DNA of 64,000 nucleotides from Camelus dromedarius (lineage: Eukaryota): assembly GCF_036321535.1 (NCBI RefSeq), contig NC_087436.1, positions 54,872,001 through 54,936,000 on the forward strand, written 5' to 3'. Under the pieces are notes generated by a model that saw nothing but the letters and a program-made list of their open reading frames with translations, did not search any database and was not told the DNA's origin. Position 1 is the stretch's first letter; every line of letters begins with the position of its first letter. Both the position numbers and the translations under genes were made by a program. Below, piece by piece: positions 51,081-63,393 of this stretch.

Positions 51081-52084
51081 GTTACAGAGTCCTGCAGTGC
51101 AGGCCTAGGGCATAATGCCAAGATGAAACACAATTGACCAGAAGTATTTCTGCTGGGGACAGCGTTTGGCTGTCGAGGTGTGCATTGTTCTGTTCGTCAG
51201 GCTTAATCCATGGGTTGGTTTTAAAGGTTCCTCTATGTGGACTGAATTACACTTCAGGAAAATTTCCACAGATATTATTCTCTTAACTGAAGTTTTGATG
51301 GGGACTGGGTAGCAATAATTTGTAGTTGGACTCCCTAACAGGTGCTGGGAGTGCAACTGCTTTGTGTTACTGATAAAGAGCAGAGCTGTACACTTTATGT
51401 TCTGTGGTCTGGGAGCAGACCAGTATTTCTAAGGAAGGAGGAGGGACCCTGGAAGAAGATGGAATAACAGCTACCCCATTTCTACTTAGAAAAGGCCTGT
51501 TGGGAGGAGTTGGTCCAAAATTTCCTCAGGGGGCAGTTTGGAGTCTGCTTTAACTCATGGATAAAAAGGCCCCTTGAATCTGGCCACAGTAATTTCAGCC
51601 TGAAAAAAAAGTATACTGTGTGTATTTAAATACTCAGAGCAATTATGAAACCCAGCTAGGCCTCTACAGGCCATTTAACCTTGAGCTTTGTAATTTCCGG
51701 GCATGTCCTGCAGAATAAATTGATGGCAAATCATATACAGAAGTAAATAGATGAGTCAAAATGAGTCTAAAATTGTAAGTCAAATAAATGTTTCTTTGTA
51801 TCTAGCAAAAATAATGAGGTTATTTTTAGTGGGGTTGATTAGCACCTCTATTTTGGCAGTAATTAAGTAGTGGACTAACCTGGAATTTTAGAACCTTAAA
51901 ATTTAAATTCATTTATACCCAGTTATTTTAAAATATATTTTAAAAATAAAATTCTTAAAAAATGAAATTCAATGTTGAGACATTTTATTTGTTTAGCATG
52001 GCAGTATAGTTAAGATTGCAGAATCAGCTATGGTAAAGAATGGTTGCTCTGCAACATCATATACAGGTTTTATAAAATTAATGT

Positions 52085-52190
52085 TTAGATTGTAAACTTC
52101 ACCAAAACAGAGAATATTTTCTTTTTGACTGTATTTCCCTAGCCCTCGGCACAGTGCCCGGCACATAGAAGATACTAATAGCTGAAGCAG
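52085..52190 (+). mobile_element. L2 3' terminus
   Basis: 'tagattgtaaacttc...ctgtatttccctagccctcggcacagtgcccggcacatag'. Confidence 0.8.
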
Positions 52191-52599
52191 TTGCTATTAT
52201 TATATTGAACATTATTCTCTGATAAGACAAAAACATCATGAGATGTTATAGTTTTTGTGTAAGTATTATGCGTTTAAGAGTACAAGGTATACGTTTGTAC
52301 TAAAATCATATCTATTTTTAATTGGTGATTATTGATTCCTTCTTTACTTAAAAAAAAGGCTATCACATTTTAATCAATGGTCTATCATAGTATCTATGAA
52401 GACACGGTATGACCAATATGACATTTTTACAAGGCACTTTTGCCTGCTTCTTTGAAATCAGACCTCTAAATATATGATCTGAACAAAATACATAGCCCAA
52501 CTATGATCCAATTTAGAAACTGGAAAATATAGAAAAGTTTATTGTATCATATTAGAAAGATTAATACGATGAAACAAAAACTCCCCAAATTTTTCGAGG

Positions 52600-53100
52600 A
52601 CAGTGGCTCTGCATTTGCAGCTCATTGTGGTAATTAAAATATGGTAAATGCCAGTTGTTTCTTATGCTCTTAGATTATCTATTCATGCTACTGTGATGCT
52701 TTTATGAAGCTGATTAAGTGCCGAGTATTAGATTAAGTGTCTTAGCAGACTCAAAGGCCAAAATCAGAACCTTGAATTTAAGTTTGAATGAATCCAGGTT
52801 GCCATTTGCTTAGCTTTTGATAATAGTCCACCTAAAATGGCATGAGTAATAGAGATTTTTATCTCTGAATGATATTCCTGCCAGCACCACCAACTGTTGA
52901 ATGTTAAATATGAGATTTGGCAGGTGCAGAGATTTTTAGTCACCTTCAGAAAGCGGTATGCAGACACCCAAGCCAAACAGTTTATACACTAACAAAATCA
53001 ACATTCAAACCGTCTGCCAATGGAGCAAACATGTCAGTCATCATTCCATTTGATTGGCAGTGTTTCTAGAAATGGATGATTTTAAACATTATTTCTAATC
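52600..53100. promoter_or_regulatory. candidate conserved enhancer
   Basis: repeat-free block with GATTAAGTG twice, TAATTA, TTTATGA, TCAAAG, CATTGT and several CpGs; conservation not tested. Confidence 0.4.
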
Positions 53101-54534
53101 CAAAAAAAAAAAAGAAAAACAAAAACAAAAAACCCACAAGAGTTTTCTTTACCTGGCAATTGAGCTGATTCTAGGCAAAATTATGAAGTTAAAAAAATGT
53201 GGTCAGCTTCTTCCCATTGCTCTTTCATTGCCTGCTTCCTCATTACCAGTTTATACCCCACACACTCATCCTAGCACCCGCTTCTGTACCAGTGACCAGG
53301 ACAAGTTAATGCTTGCATCTGATTTATCTCCTTTTAGTCAACATATGTTTTTTAGGACTCTGCTTATAGGTGATTATATGTAGTAATTAAATCAGGTAAA
53401 CCAATTCTTGATGATTAAACTACCCAGTAAATTATAATTCCTAGGTGAAAAATGACTTACCTATATAAAATATGGATTCCCCCGACTAATTTTTTTTTTT
53501 AAAGAATAAGTATAAATTTTTAAAATGCTTGCAGCTCTGTAGTTTGCTTGGGGAATATTTGGGAAATTGTTAGCTTATTCAGTGCCCCTGAAATTAGAGG
53601 TATTTTAGCAACAGTGTAATATCTACTCATCTATCTGGCTAACTCTGCTTGAAAAACTCTGCTGACAAATGACTTGGCTATGGTTTGGAAGTGGTAGCAG
53701 AAGGTCAGAGTCTTTGAGGTTTGGCAGACTTTCCAAAATTTCAAAGGACCTAATTCCTCACTCAACAGACTGAAATTCGTATTCCTTCTCTGAGATTCCT
53801 TCTCTGAGACTAAATCTAACAGTAACAACAATGAAAATTCAGCTGCTAGTCTGTATGTTTAAATTAGGGACTACTTGAATCAGAGAAAACAAAATAGATA
53901 TTGACTTGTATCATTTTATATTTTATTTTCTACTTTTATGTACATTGGTACAGTGTATTTCTACTTTCTAAAAGAGAGGAATTAGGTATAGAGTGTTCTG
54001 TAATATTTATTCTGTCTTTCTTTCGGGATAGAGTACCCAATTATATCTTTTGCATAATGCAAAATCTTCACCATCACAGAGAACACATTTTAAATTTATG
54101 GCTCAGAGGGATTTCAATCATCTCTGGCATTCAGCACTTGAGGCATTTCAGATATTTATTCAGAGCAGTATAACAGAAAGTACACAGCAGATTGCAATTT
54201 AAATGCTATACTTTTTGCAACATGTATTTGCAGTAAAAGCTTGGAGAATATGTGAAAGAATGTATCATACGTACTGCACATTGTAACTACATACTTTGAC
54301 AAGGGAATTCTTGCACTCTTCCATTTAACAGACATTTTCTCAGGACAGCTCTATGCATAGAACACACACCTGACGTTCTGTTCTTATAAGTCATGTGCAC
54401 TGTTTTGTGTCCACTTGAGGGTTTGTGCATCTCCATAAGTACACCATTTTTCTATGCAGTAGAGGACAAATAAAAATATTGGAACGTTGGATCTTTTCTT
54501 TTTTGGCATACCAGCGAACAATAATAGAGAGGAT

Positions 54535-55870
54535 AGATTGGAGGGTTGAGTGTTAAGAAGTCACTGTAATAATCCATGAGGCCTGAGAAAGGCTTCAACT
54601 AAGAAGAGGGACAGAGAAAGAGTGAGAGAGGAATGGGGAGTTAGCATTTTTCTAGAAAGATAAAGAAAAGAATGGCAATCCAGGAAGAAAAATGAGATAC
54701 ATTAGAAAATAAATGGGATTAAAGAAAGGCATGCAGCAGTAAGTGATAAGAATTTTTATAAAATGTATATTTAAAATCATTAAAAAATTAGCTATCAGGA
54801 AAGAGTTTTATCAAGGACAACCAATCAAGGGTTAGATGTTGAGGGTGAGTACACTTTGGCTAGCACATATACTGAAAGTAAGTTGGCCCTGCTACCAAAG
54901 GTCACAGATAAATAGAAGCCATATGGTCTATGTGTACACAAAACTAAGAGAAAAGTAAAAGAATAAAAGAGCATTAAAGAAAAGAATTTGATGGTTGACA
55001 ACAGAAATAATGCTTTAGACATATCAAAGAGTTTGAAACAGTCCAACTGTATTTGAAAATTAGGATCTCTGTGATGTCTGTGAGTGTAATTTTATCAGAA
55101 TTGTAGAGATGGAAGTCAATTTGCAATTTGCAATTGACTTAGGTGATGAGAAACTGGGGAGACTAGGAAAGCAAGTGTGGGCAATATCTTTTAAATAATC
55201 TGATCACTAAGAGAAGGAGAGAGATAAACAGTCTGTCTCAGCTTGAAGGATAATGACAGTTCAGAAAAAAAGTACATTTGTTCATTTAAATAAAATAAGT
55301 AAGGAAGGAGGGAAACTTGAGTACATTTCTATTGTGAAGGGTAGAAGAGAAGTGGAGCTAGACTACCTGGAAAAGACCAGAGAAAATTGATGGGGCAATT
55401 AAAGATGGGGCAAAGTATATAGATGAAAGTGTGAACCTTAGGAGCTGGCAACATGGTTGTATAGGCATAGATGAGAACTGGAGAAGTAGGTGGCGAGGTA
55501 CTTTCCCCACTGATGGCTTCTATTTTATTTACGAAATAGTAAGAGATTTGCTGATGGTGATACAAGTAGAAATCCTTTACGGAACTTAAGGGGAGAAAAT
55601 ATCAGAATTGGAATACCAAACACTTTGAATATAATAAGTATTATCTGCTTAAGGATAAAGACTCCAGTCACTAAGGAATCTCTGAGAATGGTGGCTATTT
55701 TTAATATTGGTCTCACTAGTGCTTATCATCACACTCTTTATAAGTCCCACAAATATTTATTGAGCTCAGCCTATGTGCCTGAAAGTATATTAAGGTCTAG
55801 CAGGTTTTACAAGACAAGGAGAAGAGATAACTCTTCAAGGAGCTTGTACTTCTGTAGGGTAGCATCAGGC
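54535..55870 (-). mobile_element. L2 LINE fragments
   Basis: purine-rich antisense L2, e.g. 'ctgatggcttctattttattt' and 'caaatatttattgagctcagcctatgtgcc'. Confidence 0.6.
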
Positions 55871-56576
55871 CAAGGAAACTAGTTTATTTCAGCCCATTCT
55901 CTTCTTGTATTGAACAGTACTTCATTATCATATTATTCCTTTTGCTGTTCATATGTGACTGCTTCATGGTTTCCTTGCACTTCCCTGAGCATGTTTTCTG
56001 TATTTTGTGAAGGGATAAACGATCCATAATGATAGCATTTTGTTTGTTCTTCTTAAGCGTTCAAATAGGCTGCTTGTTTATTAGTGCTGCCTGCTGTGAG
56101 CAGCTCTGTCTCAATTTAGCATCATCAATAATGACTCTATTAAGGCGATCATCCCTGTGTAAGATGAGTAACCAGGATACTGTCCACAAAGCTCATTCCA
56201 CTAATTCATGAAAACAATATTAGTTTAGTTTTAGTTTATACAATAATCTTCAAATTGTTTTTTCAGGGACCCATCACCAAAACATTTCCCATAACTGTAA
56301 TGTTTTCAATCTTCATTATTTTTGTACTCCATGAATTTAGAATCTCTGCCTCCCTCAAATTTTATGAAGTTAAACTGCAATCATTTAACCTTTGCCATTA
56401 TGCTGATTTATTTTTTTATTGATTTATGGCACATGGATACTTAATAAATAATGGGGATAGAGTTAGAACCTAAAAATAAAAAAAAAAGCATTTACTAGAA
56501 TAAAAATAGTTACCTGACAGAAAGATTTAAAAATAGTCATTTTTCCTATGTGTTCATTTCATATTTACTAAAAACT

Positions 56577-57000
56577 GTAGTGGAAATTATTGGTTCCACC
56601 TTCCATCCCTGCAAAGCATCTATTCCTTTTCTTCACCACTAGGAAGCAATCATTTCTTTCCCGTGGGTTGATCCCACCACTGACAGCAGGAAAGGAACAC
56701 TAGGTGGCTTTATCCATTCAGCATAAATCACACCCCCCCACCTCAGTGACTGTCCAGGGCACTTGAACTAAGTTGGTCCAACCAGCATGAAATGCAGGGT
56801 TTTTATTCTCTGGTTGGGGGAATTATTCCCCCAATGGTATGGTACTCAGATGTGACATGTGGCCCTGCTTCAGCTGAGTGGAGGGGGGTTGAAGCAGGGA
56901 GCTGACCCACAGAACAGCAGAGTTCAACCCTCCATCACAATGAGACAACTCTGCCCTATCTCTGGTCATTCAAGCATGTTATCTAATAAAACTCCTTCAC
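56577..57000 (+). mobile_element. MLT1K/L-like MaLR LTR
   Basis: 'cagtgactgtccagggcacttgaactaagttggtccaaccagcatgaa...aataaaactccttc'. Confidence 0.55.
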
Positions 57001-57049
57001 AGTTTGCACAACATCATCTTCCTAATTATTACAAAACCCTATTATAAAA

Positions 57050-57240
57050 AGCAGTATGATAGAAACCCTTCGGAGCTAGACATACTGATGAATAATCCCA
57101 GCTCTATGACATACTGACATCTAAATGTCTCTGAACTTCAGGTTTTTCTTGGGTCATGGGGATAATCATACTAGTTTGCAGAGTTACCATAAGGATTAAA
57201 ATAACATATGTAGAATACCTACCACACAGTACATTTATTA
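57050..57240 (+). mobile_element. MIR SINE
   Basis: 'taaatgtctctgaacttcaggttttt...atggggataatcatac...taaggattaaa'. Confidence 0.7.
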
Positions 57241-58098
57241 CCACAAGGTACTATTAGGAATACTACATCAATAAGAGAGTTTTGGAAACAATCCCCTAAG
57301 TAAAATACTCTTTAGGTTGACTTTTTAAAGTCTCAGCTCACTTAACCAAGACGTGAATATGTGCAGGTGAGCAGGAGCCATATTGGCTGCATACCCATCA
57401 GCAACAGCACTAGTTTTATAACCTCCTATTCTGGAATTTCTGTGCCCACTGAGTAAAGTTCTTCTCCCTGTCTCCCATCACAATGCATTTTACTTGTTTC
57501 TCTGAATGGGCATCTGTATCAATATACTCATTGCATTCCAAGTTTTCTGTAAAAGAAATGAAGACTTCCTCAGCCTTAATTTTTGCTTGACACACTAACT
57601 CCTAAATATCCCTGGTTACTAGGTGCTGGATCTGGTCCTCTAACTCCTACGGAGAGCTGTGGTTCTTCCAACAGTGGAAAGATAGTCTGCAACCACCCTG
57701 CTGCCTAACCCGTGTTGAGTCCCTGGGACTTTCTGGAGACTTCTGTAGTCTATGCAACTTCTCTCCCATCAGACTGTGGGCACTGGCCTGGGATTAACCT
57801 GAATTTGCTATTCTCTGTACATTGCAATAGGACCTGAAGACCACTTCCCCTTCCTTTCTTCAGAAGCTATCCTCATAGCAAGGTTGGATTTTCAGGGCCC
57901 ACCACTACTCTTTGCATTTTCTTTCTCTTAGGCATTCTGCTAAGAAAGCTTGTTGGGTTTCCTGGTTAGTTCTCTTTGACTCAAAAAAGTTAAACTTACT
58001 GATAATTACAAATGTTTTCAGAAACCTTAAGTTTTAAATGATTGGAATGCATTCTGATTTTTTTTTTTTACTTTAAAAAATTTTAGCTGACATTATTG

Positions 58099-58645
58099 TG
58101 TTAGGTAGTTAGATAAGTGGGGGCACTGGGCAGAAAGGTGGAGGAGAGAGAGGATGGTCCAGGAGATGGTGTTATGCCCGCCTGCAGCATAAAAGGACTT
58201 TACTTCTTCTAAAAGAGTGCCAGCAAGAAACAAGTTAGAACCCGACAGCCACGACTGCACAGTAGCAGAAAGGACTTAATTGGACACAACCCAACGTTCA
58301 TTGTATTATAATTAACAATTCAATTTAGGCCCCACTATGGGTTTTTCTGTATACATCATGGCTCAGGACATGTGCAAAGGGGACAAACATGACTAAGCAT
58401 TCCTGGGACAAGAGCCATCAATCAATAAAGAGACCACCTCTAAGCGAGGGTATAAGAGAAAGGGGAGACAAAACACCCTGCTCTTCCTCCCTTGGATCAG
58501 ACAGCCTCTTGTTCTTGGAGGTGTAACATTTCCTTTTTTTAGATAAATCTTTTAAACTCTTTCACTACACAATGCACCATCTCCTGACTGTAAGCTTATC
58601 TTTCGGGTATGACAAGAATCCAGGTCTTTACTTTTGTGGGTAACA
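58099..58645 (+). mobile_element. ERV1-type solo LTR
   Basis: TGTTA...TAACA inverted ends, flanks ATTG/ATTT (3 of 4), TATAAGA at 58451, U5-like 'atgacaagaatccagg'. Confidence 0.85.
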
Positions 58646-60339
58646 ATTTAACTTTAATTATATGCCAATAATTAGGCTAAGGATTTTATATGCACTTTCT
58701 CATTCCAAAGACGGCATTACTTGAAGACCTGTGTTTTCACTCCTCCTAGAAGTGCAATGTTTGGGAAGGTTAGACTCCCCCAATCTGACTAAATTAAAAA
58801 GTAGGCAATATTAATATGAAAAAGCGTAAGAATTTCTTTTATTTTGCCTATTAGTTAGGTGGTTAAAATCAGAAGAGGAATAAAAAGTAGCAATCTAAAT
58901 CTAAGAAATATATTTTTCCATGGTGACAAATTTGGTAACAAGTAAACAGAAAAACTGAAAGGAAAAAACACATTTTTAAATACAGTAGTCTATAAATTTC
59001 TGATATTGATTATACTTCACTTTTAACCTAGAAACTTACAGGAAATTACCTTATGTTCTATAAACTGAATTGATGAAATTAAGCAGATTTTTTTTCCTTT
59101 GGGTTTTAAGTCATAGAGTATTCTTTTGTCCAATAATCAGTAAATTTCAGTTGTAAGTATAAAGCTGATTTTGGCCTTTGAATTTTCTATTATTTTTATA
59201 TCTGCATTTTCACTGAATGGTTTGTATGCTGTTTCTATAGTAAGTTACTTAGAATGATTCTGATGATGCAATTACATTGGTTAAGTTAGGGTTTCTCTTT
59301 CCAGTTACTCCAGGAATTCAACTGAAAAAGTCTTCTGTGTGAATAATTCTCTCTTTTTCTAGGTGTTGAATTTGGGTGATACTTAAGAACTTAGGAAACT
59401 AGAATCCAATGAGACTCACCTGTGAAATTATGTAAGCTTCATAATGTTTTGAGCTGAGAAAATCAAGAAAATTCCATTTCCTGACCTACGTACTCATGGG
59501 ATGTTCTGAAGATTAATGTGGCTCTTTCAGGGCACTAAGGTACATTTAGAGCACTAAAGAAGTCATTTACTAAACCGTGCTCCTGGGACTTGAAAGAGTT
59601 AATGTACCTCTCAAAGCTGAGCAATGTACACTCAAGTGTGTGCAAGGATCAGTACCAAAGCTTATAAGGAATAGTGAGAATGTTGGTTAACAGTAGCTGT
59701 TAGTCCATAACTCTGTTAGTTATTACTATAATGTTTAAGTTAGTATATTTTCTGGTATTCAGTGGATGCCTTATAAACAATGCAGATAAATGAGAATCTT
59801 CTTACTTTGATAACTGAAAACATGAAGTGCTATAAACATTGGCCAAGAGAAAATACTTTAAATGTGTAAATGTTACCCAAATGGCTTAAATTTCAAGAAT
59901 AAGGCAAATTATGGAAAACTAGACCTTCACTCCAAAAGTGTTTTTTTCCCCAAATTAAACTCAAAATGTCATTGAATCTTTTGCAAATTTTGTCCTTAAA
60001 AAAGTATTATTTAAAGATAATTCAAAAAGTTTTACAATATGTAATGTTAAATGATAAAGTAAGGATATAAGACTGCATATGGAATATAATCATGGTTCAG
60101 CCCATACAACAAAGTTACTCTATCCAAAAAAGATGTAAGGAGTTCCTGAAAGTGTTTTAATGGCTCAGAACAAATTCATGTTGACAAATGGGAACAGTAC
60201 ACACACGCACAGTTTCCTGCTGCATTTGAATTCTCATCGTACCTGTAATTATGTTACTTATTTTCAATCATTTCCACTTCGTAACCCGTTGACAGATATT
60301 TTTTATGACATTTTAAAGATATAGTCCCGAATATATTGT

Positions 60340-60440
60340 TAGTTCTTGAACAGGAAAGCCAGGAGTTGTTTATTCTTGTGCCCTCTGCCCCTAGCAAAAT
60401 GCTTCAACATATGATGGATACTCAATAAATGATGAATGAC
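60340..60440 (+). mobile_element. L2 3' terminus
   Basis: 'cctagcaaaatgcttcaacatatgatggatactcaataaatgatgaatga'. Confidence 0.7.
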
Positions 60441-60792
60441 TTATTTAACCCTAATTCCAATACCAAAAATTTTTCATTCTTTTTTGTCACCAACGGTCTT
60501 TCTTGTCAAATGGATGAACAGCTGAATTCCTATATCATGAGTCCCTTCCAAATATCCCTGATCGATCTCAGATTCTTATCCTCTGGGAAACTAGAGGACA
60601 TTTTAAATTCTACCCCTTAAAATTGCTATAAAACTTTTACTGCAACACTGAATATACTACTATGTTCCTTTATTTTCATGAGAATATATTACTGCATCTC
60701 TTTATTTATTTCTTCTGTTCCTGTGAGAATGTTGTTGAGGCACTGCATAATGGCAGTTGAATGACCCCTACCTGCTAGTCACTCTTAGGCAC

Positions 60793-61248
60793 TGTATTTG
60801 TCTTGTCATGACAAAATACCACACACCGAGTGACTCAATCAATAGAAATATACTGTCTCACAGTTCTGGAGGCTAGAAGTTTAAGATCAGAGTGTGCAGG
60901 GTTAGATCTTTCAGAGGGCTATTGAGGGAGGTAGCTCTCCTAACTTGTAGTGGTTTGCTGGCAACCTTTGGTGTTCCTTGATGTATAGATATATTACCCC
61001 AATCTCTGCCTTCATCTTCACTGGTATTTTCCCTGTGCCTTCACATTGTTTTTCTTTGTGCATATCTGTGTGTCCAAATTTCCCCTTTTTTAAGATCAGT
61101 CACACTGGATTAGGATTAAACCTAATGACCTCATTTTAAGTTAATTACCTCTGTAAAGATGCTGTCTCCAAATAAGGTCACATTCTGAGGTACTGGGTGT
61201 TAGGATTTCAACATACGAATTTTGAGGACTCAATTCAACTCATAACAA
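60793..61248 (-). mobile_element. MLT1C MaLR solo LTR
   Basis: 'tctcacagttctggaggctagaag...ctccaaataaggtcacattctgaggtactgggtgttaggatttcaacata...caattcaactcataaca'. Confidence 0.9.
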
Positions 61249-61467
61249 TATTCACTATCTAAAGAGAATTATGCTGAAAGTCTCTGGTCTGGGAGCATAC
61301 CAGGCACAGCTGAGAGTGAGATTATCATTCTGAAAATTTGGGAATAAAGTTAAGAGCAATATACTGTGTCTGTGATCTTTTACATGTTCACCTCTGCCAG
61401 ACTCCAGGAATTGTGGGGGTACAGATAGGACTAGGCCTTCTTACCATGAATTTAGAAGTGCTTTCTC

Positions 61468-62059
61468 CACACCTTTCAGAATGGCAATCATCAAAAAGAG
61501 CACAAACAACATGTTGGGAAGGATGTAGAAAAAAGGGAACCCTTGTGAAAAACTAATTTGAAAAGTTACATGTATCCCAATGTTCATAACAGCATTATTT
61601 ACTATAGTTTAAGATATGGAATCAACCTAAATGTCCAGCAACAAATGAATGGATAAGGAAGATGTGGTATACATATACAACGGAGTACTACTAAGCCATA
61701 AAAAGAATGAAATTTTGCCATTTGCAAAAACATGGATGGACTTAGAGAGCATTATGCTAAGTGAAATAAGTCAGACAAAGAAGACAAATACTATATGATA
61801 TTACTTACACATTGAATCTAAAAATTACAACAAACTAGTGGAAAAAAAAAAGAAGCAGACTCACAGATATACAGAGAATAAACTAGTGGTTACCAGTGGG
61901 AGAGAGAAGGGGGAAGGGGTAAAAAGAGGTAGGGGAAAAAAGGGTTATCGCAGAATTATCTAAAATCATGTGTGTAAAGCTTTTGGAAATTGTAAAGCAC
62001 TATAGAATTTAAAAGCTTTCATTCAACAAAAACATTTTTAAATTTAAATTTTTAAAAAA
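61468..62059 (+). mobile_element. 5'-truncated artiodactyl LINE-1 (L1_Art-like 3' end) with TSD
   Basis: L1 ORF2 end plus G-rich 3'UTR; TSD AGAAGTGCTTTCTC (61454-61467) vs AGAAATACTTTCTC (62060-62073), 12 of 14; TT|AGAA site. Confidence 0.92.
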
Positions 62060-62379
62060 AGAAATACTTTCTCTAGAAAATGAGACTAATACAAGAGAAA
62101 ATATGCTAACTTCAAGTGTTCCCTCAAGGGAATGATCCAAAGAATCATCCTAGTCTGGAGCCCACAGTCTACCAGCATCATCCAGTATCACGCAGACAGA
62201 ATTCTAATCAACATTTGACTGCTCAAGTCAAATATGAACAGATAGCCACAGGTCACCACAGTTTGGGAAGTCCTTTAATATCAAAGACAGAGGCTAAAAC
62301 AAATAAATAGAAACATCAAACAAAAAATAAAATCTCAGAAGAAAGAGTAAAGATAGGGAAAATGAAACTTCAAAAAACT

Positions 62380-63392
62380 GTTAAAGGCACGGTGAGAGGA
62401 GCTACAAAAGGGCAGCAGAAGAAACTCTGAGGGGAATATGTAACTATTCGGTAATTATGACTGTGGTAGTGGATGAACAACTTTATGCATTTGCCAAAAT
62501 GCACACAACTGTACATCACAAAGAAGAAAGTTTATTGATATAAGTCTAAAATATCACTAGGTTGTAAGAATAATTCAAAATAGAATGTAAACTGTAACAA
62601 ATGAACCTAACTGCATCACACGTGAGTACTTAAGAATGCCGAATAAATTGAATGGTGTCCCCTAAAAAAGATATGTTGAAATCCTAACCTCCAGTACCTG
62701 TGACCTTATTTGGAAATGTATCTTTGCAGACCCAGTCAAGTTTAAATGAAGCCACTAGGGTGGAGCCTAATCCAATGTTCTCATAAAAAGGGGAAATTTG
62801 AACACAGATACAGACACACACAGAAGGAAGACAATTTGAAGACACACAGAGAGAAGACGGCCATATGAGCAGAGTGATGCAACTACCAGCCAAGGAATAC
62901 CAAGGACTGCTGTAGAAGTAGAAGAAGCAAGGAAGGACTCCCCCACTAAAGCCATCAGAGAGAATATGGACCTTTAGCTACCTTGATTTCAGACTTACAG
63001 CCTCCAGAACTGTGGGAGAATACATTTGTCATTTTAGGCTATCATTTTTTTGGTTTTGTTATGGCAGCCCTAGGAAACTAATACAGTAAATTATTTTATA
63101 AAACAGCATTTTGATTAGATTCTATAAGGCTAATAACAAAAAGAACAGTTCACAAATACTATACCCTAGTTAACAAATTCGTTTCTCACAGGAGTATAGT
63201 TTAGAAATTTGGAACTACTTTACATATTCAGTAGAGCTGAACAAATTAGTAAATATATTGTAGATAATGCAAAATGAGAATGATTTCTCTGTTGTGGACA
63301 AAGATATTACAGATATGGAAAGGGGAAAGGCTAGATGAACTCTGTGGTTTTGAATCAGAACTGGAGCTGTCAATATAAATTAATGATTTTAA
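62380..63392 (+). mobile_element. L1MC3-like 3' region split by an MLT1C
   Basis: 'tatgcatttgccaaaatgcacacaactgtacatcacaaag...ctgtaacaaatgaacctaactg' and 'tgaacaaattagtaaatatattgtagataatg'. Confidence 0.65.
62637..63085 (+). mobile_element. MLT1C MaLR solo LTR
   Basis: 'ttgaatggtgtcccctaaaaaagatatgttgaaatcctaacc...cagcctccagaactgtg...ttgttatggcagccctaggaaactaataca'. Confidence 0.92.
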
Positions 63393-63393
63393 A

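Noticed and set aside
53007..53075. Hairpin containing TGGCAGTGT, the miR-34/449 5' sequence
   Set aside because: Similarity stops after 9 nt, the motif is on the 3' side of the stem rather than the 5' arm, and the stem is too short for a pre-miRNA.
53781..53808. 14-bp tandem duplication ATTCCTTCTCTGAG x2 (similar short repeats at 29338-29367 and 48571-48604)
   Set aside because: Only two units each with no array or spacer structure; ordinary micro-duplications.
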